A DNA stretch of 64,000 nt, from the NCBI GenBank assembly GCA_963828735.1, contig CAWHFW010000004.1, positions 64,001 through 128,000 of the forward strand, in the 5' to 3' direction. This DNA comes from an uncultured Gemmatimonadales bacterium. Lineage in GTDB: Bacteria > Gemmatimonadota > Gemmatimonadetes > Gemmatimonadales > GWC2-71-9. This document shows, one piece after another, positions 37,324-47,069 of this stretch (position 1 is its first letter; each line of letters starts with the position of its first letter). Made by a program: the position numbers and the translations under genes. Under the pieces are notes generated by a model. That model made no database searches. It saw only the letters and a program-made list of their open reading frames with translations, and was not told where the DNA came from.

Positions 37324-38007
37324 ATGGCTGGCTTTATGGCCCGGAGGATCGGCTCCGTCGGTCTGCTGTTGGCCTGCCTCGCGTGTGCGCACCAGGCTGC
37401 ATCGACCTCGGTCCCTCCCTCGGGTACCGGCCGCACGATCACCCTCGGCGAGCTCCAGTCGAGCCTCTCCCACCAGCGCCCGTGCACCGTCGTGTTCGAC
37501 ATCGACGACACGACACTCTATACCGGCCTGGCCTTCCTGTTCGCCCAAGGGTATCTCGAGGAGCGCGACGCGGGGAAGTTCCGCGAGGACCGCGCCTTCT
37601 GGACCCTCATCAACGACAGTCTCGACGCTCGGTTCAGCAAGCCCAAGCGGATCGCGCAGCAGCTGATCGCGTTCCACCAGGCGCGCGGCGACACCATCGT
37701 GTTCGTCACCTCGCGCTACCCGAGCGAGCCCGCGAGCGACAAGACCAGCCTGCTCCTGCAGCGGCTCTTCGCGTTTCCCTCGCCGCCGAAGGTCCTCTTC
37801 ACGGCGCAGCAGCCCAAGACGGGGGCCATCCGGTCCGTGCACCCCGCGCTCTCGTACGGCGACTCGGACGGCGACATCGCGAACACCCACGAAGCCGATT
37901 CCTCGATTCGCGCGATCCGCATCATGCGGAGTCCCGTGAGCTACAATCTGGGCGCCGTGCTCCCGGGCAAGTATGGTGAAGAGATTCTCGCCAACTCGGC
38001 GGACTAG
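37324..38007 (+). CDS. aphA: Class B acid phosphatase (AphA-like, HAD IIIB)
   Basis: FDIDDT, S.PK..A.QLI..H..RGD, YGDSD.DI, IR..R...S. Confidence 0.82.
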   Translation: MAGFMARRIGSVGLLLACLACAHQAASTSVPPSGTGRTITLGELQSSLSHQRPCTVVFDIDDTTLYTGLAFLFAQGYLEERDAGKFREDRAFWTLINDSLDARFSKPKRIAQQLIAFHQARGDTIVFVTSRYPSEPASDKTSLLLQRLFAFPSPPKVLFTAQQPKTGAIRSVHPALSYGDSDGDIANTHEADSSIRAIRIMRSPVSYNLGAVLPGKYGEEILANSAD

Positions 38008-38013
38008 CCCGGC

Positions 38014-39228
38014 GTGACGAGCGTCCGTTCGCTTCGGAAGGCCGTCCGGACGGCCGGGATCGTGACCGTGGCCGGCCTCGTCTCCGTGGGAGCCGCCAGC
38101 GCGCAGGGCCGGGCGCCCGACGGCTGGGGCGGGTTCATCGCGGCGTTCGACGCCTATGCAAAACAGGACGGAGTGGTCGGCGGGCGTGTGACCGTGCTAC
38201 GCGGCGGGCGGGTCCTCGCGGAGCATGCGTACGGCCTGGGCGATCGGGAGCGCGGGACGCCGCCGGATGCGCGCGGGATCTATCACTGGGCCTCGATCAC
38301 GAAGACCCTCACCGCGATCGCGATCATGCAGCTGCGTGACCGCGGCCTGCTCACGCTGGACGATCGCATCACGCGGTACCTTCCCGAGCTGCGACAGGTG
38401 CACGACAGCTACGGCTCCATGGACGACGTCACGCTCCGGATGCTGCTCTCACATTCTTCCGGCTTCCAGAATCCCACCTGGCCCTACGGTGAGGGGCGGT
38501 CGTGGGAACCGTTCGAGCCTACGCGTTGGGAGCAGCTGGTCGCGATGATGCCCTATCAGCAGCTTGCCTTTGCGCCGGGCTCCAGGTTCGGGTACAGCAA
38601 TCCCGCGTTCATCTACCTCGCCCGCGTGATCGAGGCTCTCACCGGCGATGAGTGGGCCGTGTACATCCAGAAGAACATCTGGACGCCGCTTGGCCTGACG
38701 CGGAGCTTCGTCGGCAGCTCGCCGTACCACCTGGCAAGCCTGCGGGCCGCGAGCTATACCGTCCACGACGACAGTGGGCGCGTCCACACCGAGCCGAACC
38801 CGCGGGAGTTCAATCCGGGTATCACGATCCCCAACAGCGGGTGGAATGCACCGATCGGCGATCTCGTGACCTATGTCGCCTTCCTCACGCACGCCGATGG
38901 CGGTGATTCCGCGGTCGCGCGGCGCTACGACGGCGTGCTGCGCCACGCGACGCTCGAGGAGATGTGGCGGCCGATCGTGCCGCTCACGGCGGGTGGCAGC
39001 CTCGACGAGGCCTTCGGTCTGTCGTTCTACCTCTACCGGCGGGGCGCCACGACGGTTGTGGGGCACACCGGCGAGCAATCCGGCTTCCGCGCTTTTGTCT
39101 ACTTCGATCCGCGCACGACGGTGGCGGTGGTCGGCGTGCTCAACACCACCAACGAGGCGCGACCCGAGGAGTCCAACAGAGGGTGGGATGTGCTGACCCA
39201 TCAGGCGGTCGCCATGGTGGCGCCGTGA
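38014..39228 (+). CDS. Serine hydrolase (beta-lactamase-like)
   Basis: SITK, YSN, HTG. Confidence 0.9.
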   Translation: MTSVRSLRKAVRTAGIVTVAGLVSVGAASAQGRAPDGWGGFIAAFDAYAKQDGVVGGRVTVLRGGRVLAEHAYGLGDRERGTPPDARGIYHWASITKTLTAIAIMQLRDRGLLTLDDRITRYLPELRQVHDSYGSMDDVTLRMLLSHSSGFQNPTWPYGEGRSWEPFEPTRWEQLVAMMPYQQLAFAPGSRFGYSNPAFIYLARVIEALTGDEWAVYIQKNIWTPLGLTRSFVGSSPYHLASLRAASYTVHDDSGRVHTEPNPREFNPGITIPNSGWNAPIGDLVTYVAFLTHADGGDSAVARRYDGVLRHATLEEMWRPIVPLTAGGSLDEAFGLSFYLYRRGATTVVGHTGEQSGFRAFVYFDPRTTVAVVGVLNTTNEARPEESNRGWDVLTHQAVAMVAP

Positions 39229-39722
39229 CGCGCGGTAAGAGCCGGCTCCCGCCGGACGACCCGCGGCAGCCGCGGCCCGACCGGCCGTCCTATGAGACCC
39301 CGGAGGCAGTGCTCGAGCTGCAGCCCGCCGAGCAGCCGGCCCCGGCTACGCCCGTGCGGCCCGGCCGTGTCCACCTGGTCGTCGTCGTGACCCGTGCCGT
39401 GACCGCCCGGGACAGCGCGCCCCCCGCTGCGACCCTCGTGGCCCGGTACTGGCATCCGTCGCTCCACCGCTGGAGCGAGGCCTCGTTCGAGTCGCTCGAG
39501 CACGCGATGCACCTGTTCGTCGATGAGAGCGGCTGGGTCCTGCGGCAGCAGCAGGCGCTCGAAGGCCCGCAGGCCTTCGAGCTGATCTTCGAAGCGCGCC
39601 GCGAGAATTTCAGCCGACCCAGTACGGAAGCGATGCTGCAGGACGTCGGCCTGACCCCGGAGGACGTCGCGGACATGATGGGACGTGTCGACCGCGAGAA
39701 CGGGCCCGCCGGCCCGCCCTGA
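39225..39722 (+). CDS. Hypothetical protein
   Basis: GTGA-coupled ORF. Confidence 0.65.
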   Translation: MTRGKSRLPPDDPRQPRPDRPSYETPEAVLELQPAEQPAPATPVRPGRVHLVVVVTRAVTARDSAPPAATLVARYWHPSLHRWSEASFESLEHAMHLFVDESGWVLRQQQALEGPQAFELIFEARRENFSRPSTEAMLQDVGLTPEDVADMMGRVDRENGPAGPP

Positions 39723-39786
39723 CCCTCTGGTGGGAACCTTCGGACGCGGGTTCGCATTGGAGGCGTACCCTTTTCTGGAGCCCCTG

Positions 39787-40170
39787 GTGACGCACCAGCA
39801 TGCCGTGCACCTTCGCGTCCTCGGCCCGATTTGCCTCGCCGCCCTCGGAGGCATGATGGGTCCGTCGCCCGCCGGTGCCCAACACATGGCAGCGACACTG
39901 CCGAAGGCCTGGAACGCGCCCGCGCCGGCCATCTCGCGAGCCGTCCCGGACAGCGTCGTCTCGGCCCGGCGTGACTATCGCTGGTTCGGGACGATGGTCG
40001 GTGCCGTGGGCCTCGGGCTCGCGGCCGGGCTCGAGGCCCGGGCCGCATGCGGCAACTCCGAGAGCGGGCCGCGCGACTGCACCGGCGTCACCATCGGCGC
40101 CACTGGGCTCGGCGCGCTCGTGGGCGGCACGATCGGGCACTTTGTAGGACGCGCATTCAAGCGAGGCTAG
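39787..40170 (+). CDS. Glycine-zipper-like membrane/secreted protein
   Basis: G.MVGAVG, GALVGG.IG. Confidence 0.6.
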   Translation: MTHQHAVHLRVLGPICLAALGGMMGPSPAGAQHMAATLPKAWNAPAPAISRAVPDSVVSARRDYRWFGTMVGAVGLGLAAGLEARAACGNSESGPRDCTGVTIGATGLGALVGGTIGHFVGRAFKRG

Positions 40171-40173
40171 CGG

Positions 40174-40932
40174 CTGCCCAAGCCCTTCGCCGATCACTTC
40201 TCCGCCATCGCGTCGGCCTACGCCGCCGCTCGGCCGAGCTATCCGCCGGGCCTGTTCGCCTATTTGGCGGAGCTCGCGCCCGCGCGGCGGCTGGCGTGGG
40301 ATTGCGCCGCGGGAAACGGGCAGGCCACGCTACCGCTCGCCGAGTACTTCGCGGAGGTCGTCGGCACGGATGCGAGCGCCGCGCAGGTCGCGCAGATGCC
40401 GGCGCACCCGCGGGTGCGTCGCTACGCCGCGCCCGCCGATGCCGCAGGGCTCACGACCGCGTCCGTGGATCTCGTGACCGTCGCGCAGGCGTTGCACTGG
40501 CTGCCGCTCCCGGCGTTCTGGACCGAGGCCAGGCGCGTGCTCGTGGACGGCGGCCTCATCGCCGTGTGGTCCTATGGCATTCAGGAGCTGGACGACCCCG
40601 AGGCGGACCGGACGCTCCAGGCGTTCTACCACACGACGGTTGGCCCCTACTGGGCACCCGAGCGTCGCCTCGTGGAGACCGGCTATCGGACGGTCGAGTT
40701 TCCCTTCATGGAGCTCCCCGCGCCCACGTTCGACATGTCCGTGACCTGGACCCTGCCCGAGCTGCTCGCCTATGTCCGGACCTGGTCCGCGACGAACGCC
40801 TTCATCAAGGCGCGCGGCTTCGATCCAGTGGATGCCCTCGGCGAGAGCCTGGCGCCGCAATGGGGCGCCGGCAGCCATCCGGTCCGTTGGCCGCTCAGCC
40901 TTCGAGTGGGCAGGTCCAGTCGGGCCGGCTAA
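40174..40932 (+). CDS. Class I SAM-dependent methyltransferase
   Basis: FADHFS..A..YA..RPSYP, WDCAAGNGQ, VAQALHW; apparent CTG start. Confidence 0.88.
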   Translation: MPKPFADHFSAIASAYAAARPSYPPGLFAYLAELAPARRLAWDCAAGNGQATLPLAEYFAEVVGTDASAAQVAQMPAHPRVRRYAAPADAAGLTTASVDLVTVAQALHWLPLPAFWTEARRVLVDGGLIAVWSYGIQELDDPEADRTLQAFYHTTVGPYWAPERRLVETGYRTVEFPFMELPAPTFDMSVTWTLPELLAYVRTWSATNAFIKARGFDPVDALGESLAPQWGAGSHPVRWPLSLRVGRSSRAG

Positions 40933-40963
40933 GTTTGGCCGCACACCGACCATGCCGGAGCGC

Positions 40964-41329
40964 ATGATGCCGACCCTGATCTCCTCACCCACCCTCATCC
41001 AGGCCGCGGGGAGCAAGCCCAAGCGGATCGAGGAATACGCCGGCCGTGTCAACACCGGGCACGCCGCGGTCAGCGTGGCCCGCATGGTGTCGCCGGAAGG
41101 GTGGGAGGAGCCGGGTCAGCGGCCGGAATTCGAGGAGATCACGGTCGTCTTGCGGGGACTGCTGCGGGTGGAGTACGAGAGCGGCGTCCTCGACGTGCGC
41201 GCGGGCCAGGCGGTCGTCACGAAACCGGGAGAGTGGGTGCGCTACCGGAGTCCCGAGGCCGGCGGCGCCGAGTACGTGGCGATCTGTCTCCCGGCCTTCT
41301 CGCCGGCCACCGTGCACCGCGATGCCTAG
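40964..41329 (+). CDS. Cupin (EutQ-like) protein
   Basis: KPK.IEEY.GRVN, W.EPGQ.PEF, CLPAFSP. Confidence 0.88.
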   Translation: MMPTLISSPTLIQAAGSKPKRIEEYAGRVNTGHAAVSVARMVSPEGWEEPGQRPEFEEITVVLRGLLRVEYESGVLDVRAGQAVVTKPGEWVRYRSPEAGGAEYVAICLPAFSPATVHRDA

Positions 41330-41335
41330 CACGTC

Positions 41336-41644
41336 ATGACCCAGCCGACGCCGTCCCCGAAGGGTCCGTCCGCGCGCGCGCTGGTGGTGGGACTGCTGCT
41401 GATCGGTGCGATGGCGGCCCTGCTGCCGGTCGTCGTCGCCCGGACCCGCCGGGTGCAAAGCATGCGGTCGGACCTGCGCGAGGTGATGAGCGAATGCCGC
41501 GCGCGCTACGCCGGTAGTCTCACGGCCGCCGATACGGCCGCCGCCGACGTCTGGCAGCCGCCCCTCCACGGACAGCAGCGCGCCGGCGACCCGGGCTGCG
41601 GCGCCTATCGCCGGCGGAACATGCTCACCGCGGGCGGCCAATGA
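41336..41644 (+). CDS. Hypothetical membrane-anchored protein
   Basis: one TM segment; two Cys. Confidence 0.6.
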   Translation: MTQPTPSPKGPSARALVVGLLLIGAMAALLPVVVARTRRVQSMRSDLREVMSECRARYAGSLTAADTAAADVWQPPLHGQQRAGDPGCGAYRRRNMLTAGGQ

Positions 41645-42081
41645 TGGGTCGGCTGGAGGCGATCTGGATCAAGCGGGCGCATCGTGGCCCGATGGATTCG
41701 GTCTCCGCGGCCGAGCTAGTGGCCGGACGCGGCCTGGTGGACAACGCGGATCAGGGGCGTCGTCGTCAGGTGACGGTCATCGAGCGCGAGGTCTGGGAGC
41801 GCCTCATGCACGAGTTGTCGGCCCACATATCCCCCAGTGCCCGCCGGGCCAACTTGATGATCAGCGGCGTCAGCCTCGAGGGCGTGCGCGATCGTGTCCT
41901 GCTGATCGGGGGCTGCCGCATTCGATTGCTTGGCGAGACGCGCCCGTGCGAGCGCATGGACGAGGCGTTACCCGGGCTGCGGGAGGCGATGAAGTCGGGG
42001 TGGGGCGGGGGGAGCTTCGGAGAAGTGCTCGACGACGGATCGATCGCGGTGGGCGCGGAGGTGACGTGGGACGGGGACTAA
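41641..42081 (+). CDS. MOSC domain protein
   Basis: RQVT, RRANL, PCERM. Confidence 0.9.
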   Translation: MMGRLEAIWIKRAHRGPMDSVSAAELVAGRGLVDNADQGRRRQVTVIEREVWERLMHELSAHISPSARRANLMISGVSLEGVRDRVLLIGGCRIRLLGETRPCERMDEALPGLREAMKSGWGGGSFGEVLDDGSIAVGAEVTWDGD

Positions 42082-42116
42082 CACAACGGCCGGCCCGGGT
42101 GACCCCGGGCCGGCCG
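42080..42116 (-). terminator. Intrinsic terminator for the csp gene, between convergent genes
   Basis: 13-bp stem CGGCCGGCCCGGG-TGAC-CCCGGGCCGGCCG; TTGTGTT follows on the - strand. Confidence 0.75.
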
Positions 42117-42134
42117 CGTGCGTGGCGTCGGTCT

Positions 42135-42347
42135 TTAGCGTCCGAGCTTGACGACGTTCTCTGCCGCTGGACCCTTCTGGCCCTGCACGACGTCGAACTC
42201 GACCCGCTCCCCCTCGGCCAGCGTCTTGAACCCCTGACCCTGGATCGCCGAGTGGTGGACGAAGCAGTCCTTCTGACCGCCTTCGGGCGTGATGAAGCCA
42301 AAGCCCTTGGCGTCATTGAACCACTTGACCGTGCCGGTGGTGCGCAT
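42135..42347 (-). CDS. cspA: Cold-shock protein
   Basis: [22 protein letters not shown]. Confidence 0.97.
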   Translation of the reverse strand: MRTTGTVKWFNDAKGFGFITPEGGQKDCFVHHSAIQGQGFKTLAEGERVEFDVVQGQKGPAAENVVKLGR

Positions 42348-42552
42348 TGTTCCTACTCCTTGTTCTGTTGTAATCGGAGTCCGGTCATGCCGCACCTACC
42401 CGACTACGCGATATACGTGATTAGGCCCTCACGCGAGGCTGCTGCCGATCGGCAGCAAACACAAAAATGGGAGCCAGCGCGAACTCCGCCAGCTCCCCGT
42501 AAACCGTCCCTGGACCTTGGCTACGCTGATCTGCCTGTTGGCAGACGGCGAG

Positions 42553-42581
42553 AAGATAAGGTAGTCGGGTCGTTTGCACAA
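42553..42581 (-). promoter_or_regulatory. sigma70-type promoter for csp
   Basis: TTGTGC-N17-TATCTT on the - strand. Confidence 0.55.
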
Positions 42582-42616
42582 CCCTTCGCGCCGGTCCACC
42601 GGCGGAGAGACCCAAC

Positions 42617-43153
42617 ATGACCGTATCCGCGACCCCCGTTTCCGCCCCCGGGCCCGACGAGTACGCCCCGAACTTCGCCGGTTACGTCGGCCATGTCCCC
42701 GTCGGCGTCGACATCCTCGACCTCCTGGCCAGGCAGGCCGACGAAACGCAGGTGCGTCTGCGCGGCATTCCCGAGTCCCGCGGCCGGCATCGGTATGCCC
42801 CGGGCAAGTGGAGCGTGAAGGAGGTCGTCCTGCACCTGGCCGACACGGAGCGGATCATGACCTATCGCGCGCTCCGCATCGCCCGCGCGGATACGACGCC
42901 GCTGCCGGGATTCGACGAGAACCTCTACACGCCGGAGTCCGGGGCCGACGCTGTTCCGCTCGGGGACCTGGCCGCGGAATTCCGTCATGTCCGCCAAGCG
43001 TCCCTGGACTTGTTCCGCCATCTGCCCGCGGAGGCGTGGACCCGCCGCGGCACCGCGACCAACGCGACCATCAGCGTCCGGGCGCTCGCGTGGATCGTCG
43101 CGGGACACGAACGCCATCACCTCGGGGTGCTCGCGGAGCGCTACGGAGTCTGA
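42617..43153 (+). CDS. DinB family protein
   Basis: YAPGKWSVKEVVLHLADTER, GHERHH. Confidence 0.92.
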   Translation: MTVSATPVSAPGPDEYAPNFAGYVGHVPVGVDILDLLARQADETQVRLRGIPESRGRHRYAPGKWSVKEVVLHLADTERIMTYRALRIARADTTPLPGFDENLYTPESGADAVPLGDLAAEFRHVRQASLDLFRHLPAEAWTRRGTATNATISVRALAWIVAGHERHHLGVLAERYGV

Positions 43154-44106
43154 TCGCCAAGGGCGGCCCGAAGCGAGACCCGATAGAAGGCGGAGAAGTC
43201 CCGCACGAATACCAGGTCGCAGCCGTCTGGGGTCACCGTCGCGAAGTTCTCCCATCCGGGTTCCGTGTTGACTCCCGCGACGAGGGGCACGGGAGTTTCC
43301 CACGTGCCGCCGCGATGTCGGCTGACCCAGAGATCGGAGGGCTGGCCGCGGCGCTCGCCCGGCACCCGCGGCGAGACCTCCAGCAGGACCATCTGCCCGT
43401 CCGGCGTCGGACTGCCCCCCCACACCTGCAGGTCGTCACGCCAGCGCATCCACCGTTCCGCCGGATCGTACGCCGTGGGGGCGCCGAACAGCGCGGTCAC
43501 GAGATTCGTGGTGGTATCCCAATCCGGTGATGTCCGTCGGAAGTAGAGTCGCCCGTCACGGCCGAACACCGGCTGCGACTGATAGGCGCCGATCCGCGTG
43601 GCCGCGGTCAGCGGGATCGGCGGCTTCCATCCGCCGTCGGCCGCGTGCTCCGCGGCCCACAGCCCGGCGTTGGGCTTCGCGAGGGTGTCCCCCGGCATGC
43701 GGCGATAGGAGGTGAAGGCGAGCCACCTGCCATCGGGTGAGCGGGCCGGGTAGAGGTCGGAATAGTCGCCACCCAGGTCCACCCGCTCCGGGGCCGACCA
43801 ACCCGCCTCCTGGCGGCGGGACACGAAGATCCGATAGTCCTCGGCGTGGGGGTCGGCCGAGACCTTCCGGAAGAACCAGAACTCCCGCCCATCCGCGGAG
43901 AAAGTGCCCCGGAATGTGACGCCGGAGTCGGCGAGGGTCGGCCCAAACGGCTCCGGATGCCCCGGTGAGTCCGAGCACGTGCGTGAACCCTGCGCGAGCC
44001 CACGCATGGTGGCTGCGGACAGCAGGAACGCCGCCAGTGTCCCGCCGCGCCACCCGACCTTACGGCCCCTGAAGTTGTTCATGCGCTCCATTCGGGGTTT
44101 CCGCAT
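43141..44106 (-). CDS. TolB/PD40-like beta-propeller protein
   Basis: FSADG, SPDGRWLAF, TPDG repeats; start uncertain. Confidence 0.8.
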   Translation of the reverse strand: MRKPRMERMNNFRGRKVGWRGGTLAAFLLSAATMRGLAQGSRTCSDSPGHPEPFGPTLADSGVTFRGTFSADGREFWFFRKVSADPHAEDYRIFVSRRQEAGWSAPERVDLGGDYSDLYPARSPDGRWLAFTSYRRMPGDTLAKPNAGLWAAEHAADGGWKPPIPLTAATRIGAYQSQPVFGRDGRLYFRRTSPDWDTTTNLVTALFGAPTAYDPAERWMRWRDDLQVWGGSPTPDGQMVLLEVSPRVPGERRGQPSDLWVSRHRGGTWETPVPLVAGVNTEPGWENFATVTPDGCDLVFVRDFSAFYRVSLRAALGDQTP

Positions 44107-44266
44107 CCAGGGTTTCAGTGGACAATGGCGGGCACGCCGAGCGCGAATCTACATTTGGCCATTCGCGCGGCGTCCTCGTCGGCCGGAGCTCGTTCGGCCT
44201 CGGCGTGGACGCCGGCTCGGCGCCGTCATCGAGCTTTCATTTGAGTCTCATCGACCCGGAGGCCTG

Positions 44267-44593
44267 ATGTTCGTCTGCCAGTGGCACCTCGACATTCCGT
44301 ACGGCAAGCAGGGCGAGGCGCTCGCGGTGATGCGGGCGTGGGGCGCGGAGAAATTCGCGAGCTCCGAGTTCCGTCGAGCGCGGGGGGCGCGGCTCCTCTG
44401 CGGCATGCTGGGAGCGTCCGCGTCCCACATCGTGGACGAATACGAGTTCGAGTCCCTCGCGGACTTCGAGGCCGCGCTCAACGGAATGGGCGGCCCGCAG
44501 TTCAAGCGCCACTCGGACGCCCTGGCGCCGTTCATCGTTCCGGGATCGCAGCACTGGGTCGTCTACCGGGTGCTCGACGAGCGCGCGGGGTGA
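44267..44593 (+). CDS. Hypothetical protein (dimeric alpha/beta barrel-like)
   Basis: GGAGG RBS; EYEFESLADFE. Confidence 0.75.
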   Translation: MFVCQWHLDIPYGKQGEALAVMRAWGAEKFASSEFRRARGARLLCGMLGASASHIVDEYEFESLADFEAALNGMGGPQFKRHSDALAPFIVPGSQHWVVYRVLDERAG

Positions 44594-45108
44594 GCGCGTT
44601 CATCCGACCGGCCGGCGTGGCTGACGCGCCCTGGCTGGCGGCCCTGGCGGAGCGAACCTTTCGCGAAACCTACAGCGCGCACAACACCCCGGAGGACATG
44701 GAGCGCTACGTGGCCGACCACTTCAGCGCCCCGCTCCAGGCCGCCGAGCTGGGCGACCCACGGCTCCTGACGCTGGTGGCCGAGCTGTCGGACCAGCCCG
44801 CGGGGTACACCCAGCTCGGCTTCGGTCCCGCGCCCGAGAGCGTGAGGGGGCCCGAGCCCGTGGAGATCATTCGGTTCTATGTGGATCGGCCGTGGCACGG
44901 CCAGGGCGTGGCCCAGGAGCTGATGCACGCCGCGGCGGCCCATGCACGAGCCGCGGGTGGCCGGACGCTGTGGCTCGGCGTCTGGGAGCGAAACCCCAGG
45001 GCCATCGCGTTCTATCGGAAGTGCGGGTTCGCCGAAGTGGGCACCCATACGTTCGTGCTCGGCGCCGATCACCAGCGCGATCTGGTTCTCGCGCGCCCGA
45101 TCGACTGA
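44590..45108 (+). CDS. GNAT acetyltransferase (PaiA-like)
   Basis: TFRETY, LWLGVWERN.RAIAFY. Confidence 0.92.
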   Translation: MSAFIRPAGVADAPWLAALAERTFRETYSAHNTPEDMERYVADHFSAPLQAAELGDPRLLTLVAELSDQPAGYTQLGFGPAPESVRGPEPVEIIRFYVDRPWHGQGVAQELMHAAAAHARAAGGRTLWLGVWERNPRAIAFYRKCGFAEVGTHTFVLGADHQRDLVLARPID

Positions 45109-45118
45109 CGAGGACGGC

Positions 45119-45637
45119 ATGGCATCTGCGCAGATGGATCTGCTGCTGTGGAACCTGCAGCCGCCGACGGGGCGGAAGAACTGGCACGGGGGGCCGAGCC
45201 CCCTCGGCGCGCTCCGGGGCGTGACGGCCGCGCAAGCCGCGTGGCGTCCGACCCCACGACGGAAGAGCATCTGGGAGCTCGCGCTCCATATCGCCTACTG
45301 GAAGTACACGGTGCGCCGGCACCTCGAGGGCGGGGAGCAACCGCGATTCACCCGCCGCCCGGCCAATTTTCCCGCGCGGCCCGACCCCCCGGATGGGGAC
45401 GCGTGGGCGCGCGACGTCGCGCTCGTCCGGAGCGAGCACGAGCGCCTGGTGGCGGCCGTGCGGGCGCTCGCCGAGGAGCGGCTCGGCGCGGTGCCACCCG
45501 AGGGCCGGCGATGGACCTACGGGGAGCTCGTCCTCGGCATTGCCGCCCACGATGCCTATCACACGGGACAGATTCAGCTGCTCAAGCGCCTCTGGCAGGA
45601 GCGCGCGCTGCTGGTGCGAGGAGGACAGCGTGGCTGA
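45119..45637 (+). CDS. DinB family protein
   Basis: WHGG, SIWEL.LH, HDAYHTGQI. Confidence 0.9.
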   Translation: MASAQMDLLLWNLQPPTGRKNWHGGPSPLGALRGVTAAQAAWRPTPRRKSIWELALHIAYWKYTVRRHLEGGEQPRFTRRPANFPARPDPPDGDAWARDVALVRSEHERLVAAVRALAEERLGAVPPEGRRWTYGELVLGIAAHDAYHTGQIQLLKRLWQERALLVRGGQRG

Positions 45638-46088
45638 CACGATCAGACTCGCGGCGCCCGGCGATGCGGACGCCGTGGCGCCGCTCTTCGATGCATACCG
45701 GCAGTTCTATGAGCAGCCACCCGACCGCGCGCTCGCGCGTGCCTTCATCGCGGAGCGGCTGGAGCGAGGAGAGTCCGTGATCTTCGTCGCCGAGCGAGAC
45801 GGTCGCCCGGTGGGCTTCGTGCAGCTCTATCCCGTGTTCTCGTCCACTGCCCGGCGACCGGGTCGGCTGTGGCTGCTCAATGATCTGTACGTGGCCCCCG
45901 AGGCGAGACAGGGCGGGGTGGGGCGCGCGCTCATGATGCGGGCGCGGCGGCTCGCCGAGGAAACCGGGGCGTGCGGGCTCGAGCTTGTCACGGCGCGCAC
46001 CAACACGATCGGGCAGCGTCTGTACGAGGCGGTCGGGTACCACCGCGATGACGCCTTCCTGCGCTACGAGCTCGGGCTGCCGTCGTGA
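45630..46088 (+). CDS. GNAT acetyltransferase
   Basis: LFDAYRQFY, GFVQLYP, LNDLYV. Confidence 0.92.
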   Translation: MADTIRLAAPGDADAVAPLFDAYRQFYEQPPDRALARAFIAERLERGESVIFVAERDGRPVGFVQLYPVFSSTARRPGRLWLLNDLYVAPEARQGGVGRALMMRARRLAEETGACGLELVTARTNTIGQRLYEAVGYHRDDAFLRYELGLPS

Positions 46089-46366
46089 GCCAGGAGAGAC
46101 TTCTTCGGGCATTCGACGGGGCCATCGCGGCGGCCCGCCGCCTCGAGGATGGTGGGCAGGTGAACGCGGCGGAGCTCCGCCGTCTCCTCGACGAGCTCGC
46201 GGCGCGGCGGGCTGACGTCGCCGCCGGACGCGGATTGGACGACGAATGGGCCGGCCGCACCGTCCGCTGGGTGGCCTCGTGGCTTCCGGACGGCGAACTT
46301 CCGCTCCTTGCCCGACTCGGCAACATCGTGCGCGTCGCGGGATCCGACGACACTCGCCGGCCCTAG
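46085..46366 (+). CDS. Hypothetical protein
   Basis: GTGA-coupled 93-aa ORF. Confidence 0.6.
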   Translation: MSQERLLRAFDGAIAAARRLEDGGQVNAAELRRLLDELAARRADVAAGRGLDDEWAGRTVRWVASWLPDGELPLLARLGNIVRVAGSDDTRRP

Positions 46367-46380
46367 GTATACTCCGACCC

Positions 46381-47067
46381 ATGACCGACGCCTCGCCCCC
46401 TCGGAACGATCGGCAACTGGCCAATTTGTTCGCGCAGAACCGTGACTGGGCGGCCGCGGTCACGCGGCGCGAGCCGGACTTCTTCGAGTGCCTCGCGCGG
46501 CAGCAGAACCCCGACTACCTGTGGATCGGCTGCTCGGACAGCCGGGTGCCCGCGAACGAGATCGTGGGGCTCTTGCCCGGGGAAATGTTCGTGCACCGGA
46601 ACGTCGCCAACGTCGTGGTGCACACCGATCTCAACTGCCTGTCGGTGCTGCAGTACGCGGTGGACGTGCTGGAGGTGGATCACGTGATGGTCGTGGGACA
46701 CTACGGGTGTGGCGGGGTCCGCGCCGCGTGGGACGGACGGCCGCTCGGGCTCATCGACAACTGGCTGAGGCACGTGCAGGACGTGGCGGCGCGGCATCTG
46801 GACGAGCTCCGCGCCCTGGGCGACGGTCCCGCGCTCTACGACCGCCTGTGCGAGCTCAACGTCGTCGAGCAGGCGGTCCATGTCTGCCGCACCACGATCG
46901 TCCAGGATGCGTGGCGCCGTGGGCGCACCCTGACCGTGCACGCCTGGGTGTACAGCCTCCGGGACGGGCTCCTGCGTGATCTCGGCTTCTCCGCCTCCTC
47001 GGCGGACGACGTCGGCGATCGTCATGCGCAGGCCCTCCGCAACGGCCCAACCCTCGCCACCGGCTGA
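46381..47067 (+). CDS. can: Beta carbonic anhydrase
   Basis: WIGCSDSRVP, HRNVAN, GHYGCGG. Confidence 0.95.
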   Translation: MTDASPPRNDRQLANLFAQNRDWAAAVTRREPDFFECLARQQNPDYLWIGCSDSRVPANEIVGLLPGEMFVHRNVANVVVHTDLNCLSVLQYAVDVLEVDHVMVVGHYGCGGVRAAWDGRPLGLIDNWLRHVQDVAARHLDELRALGDGPALYDRLCELNVVEQAVHVCRTTIVQDAWRRGRTLTVHAWVYSLRDGLLRDLGFSASSADDVGDRHAQALRNGPTLATG

Positions 47068-47069
47068 CG

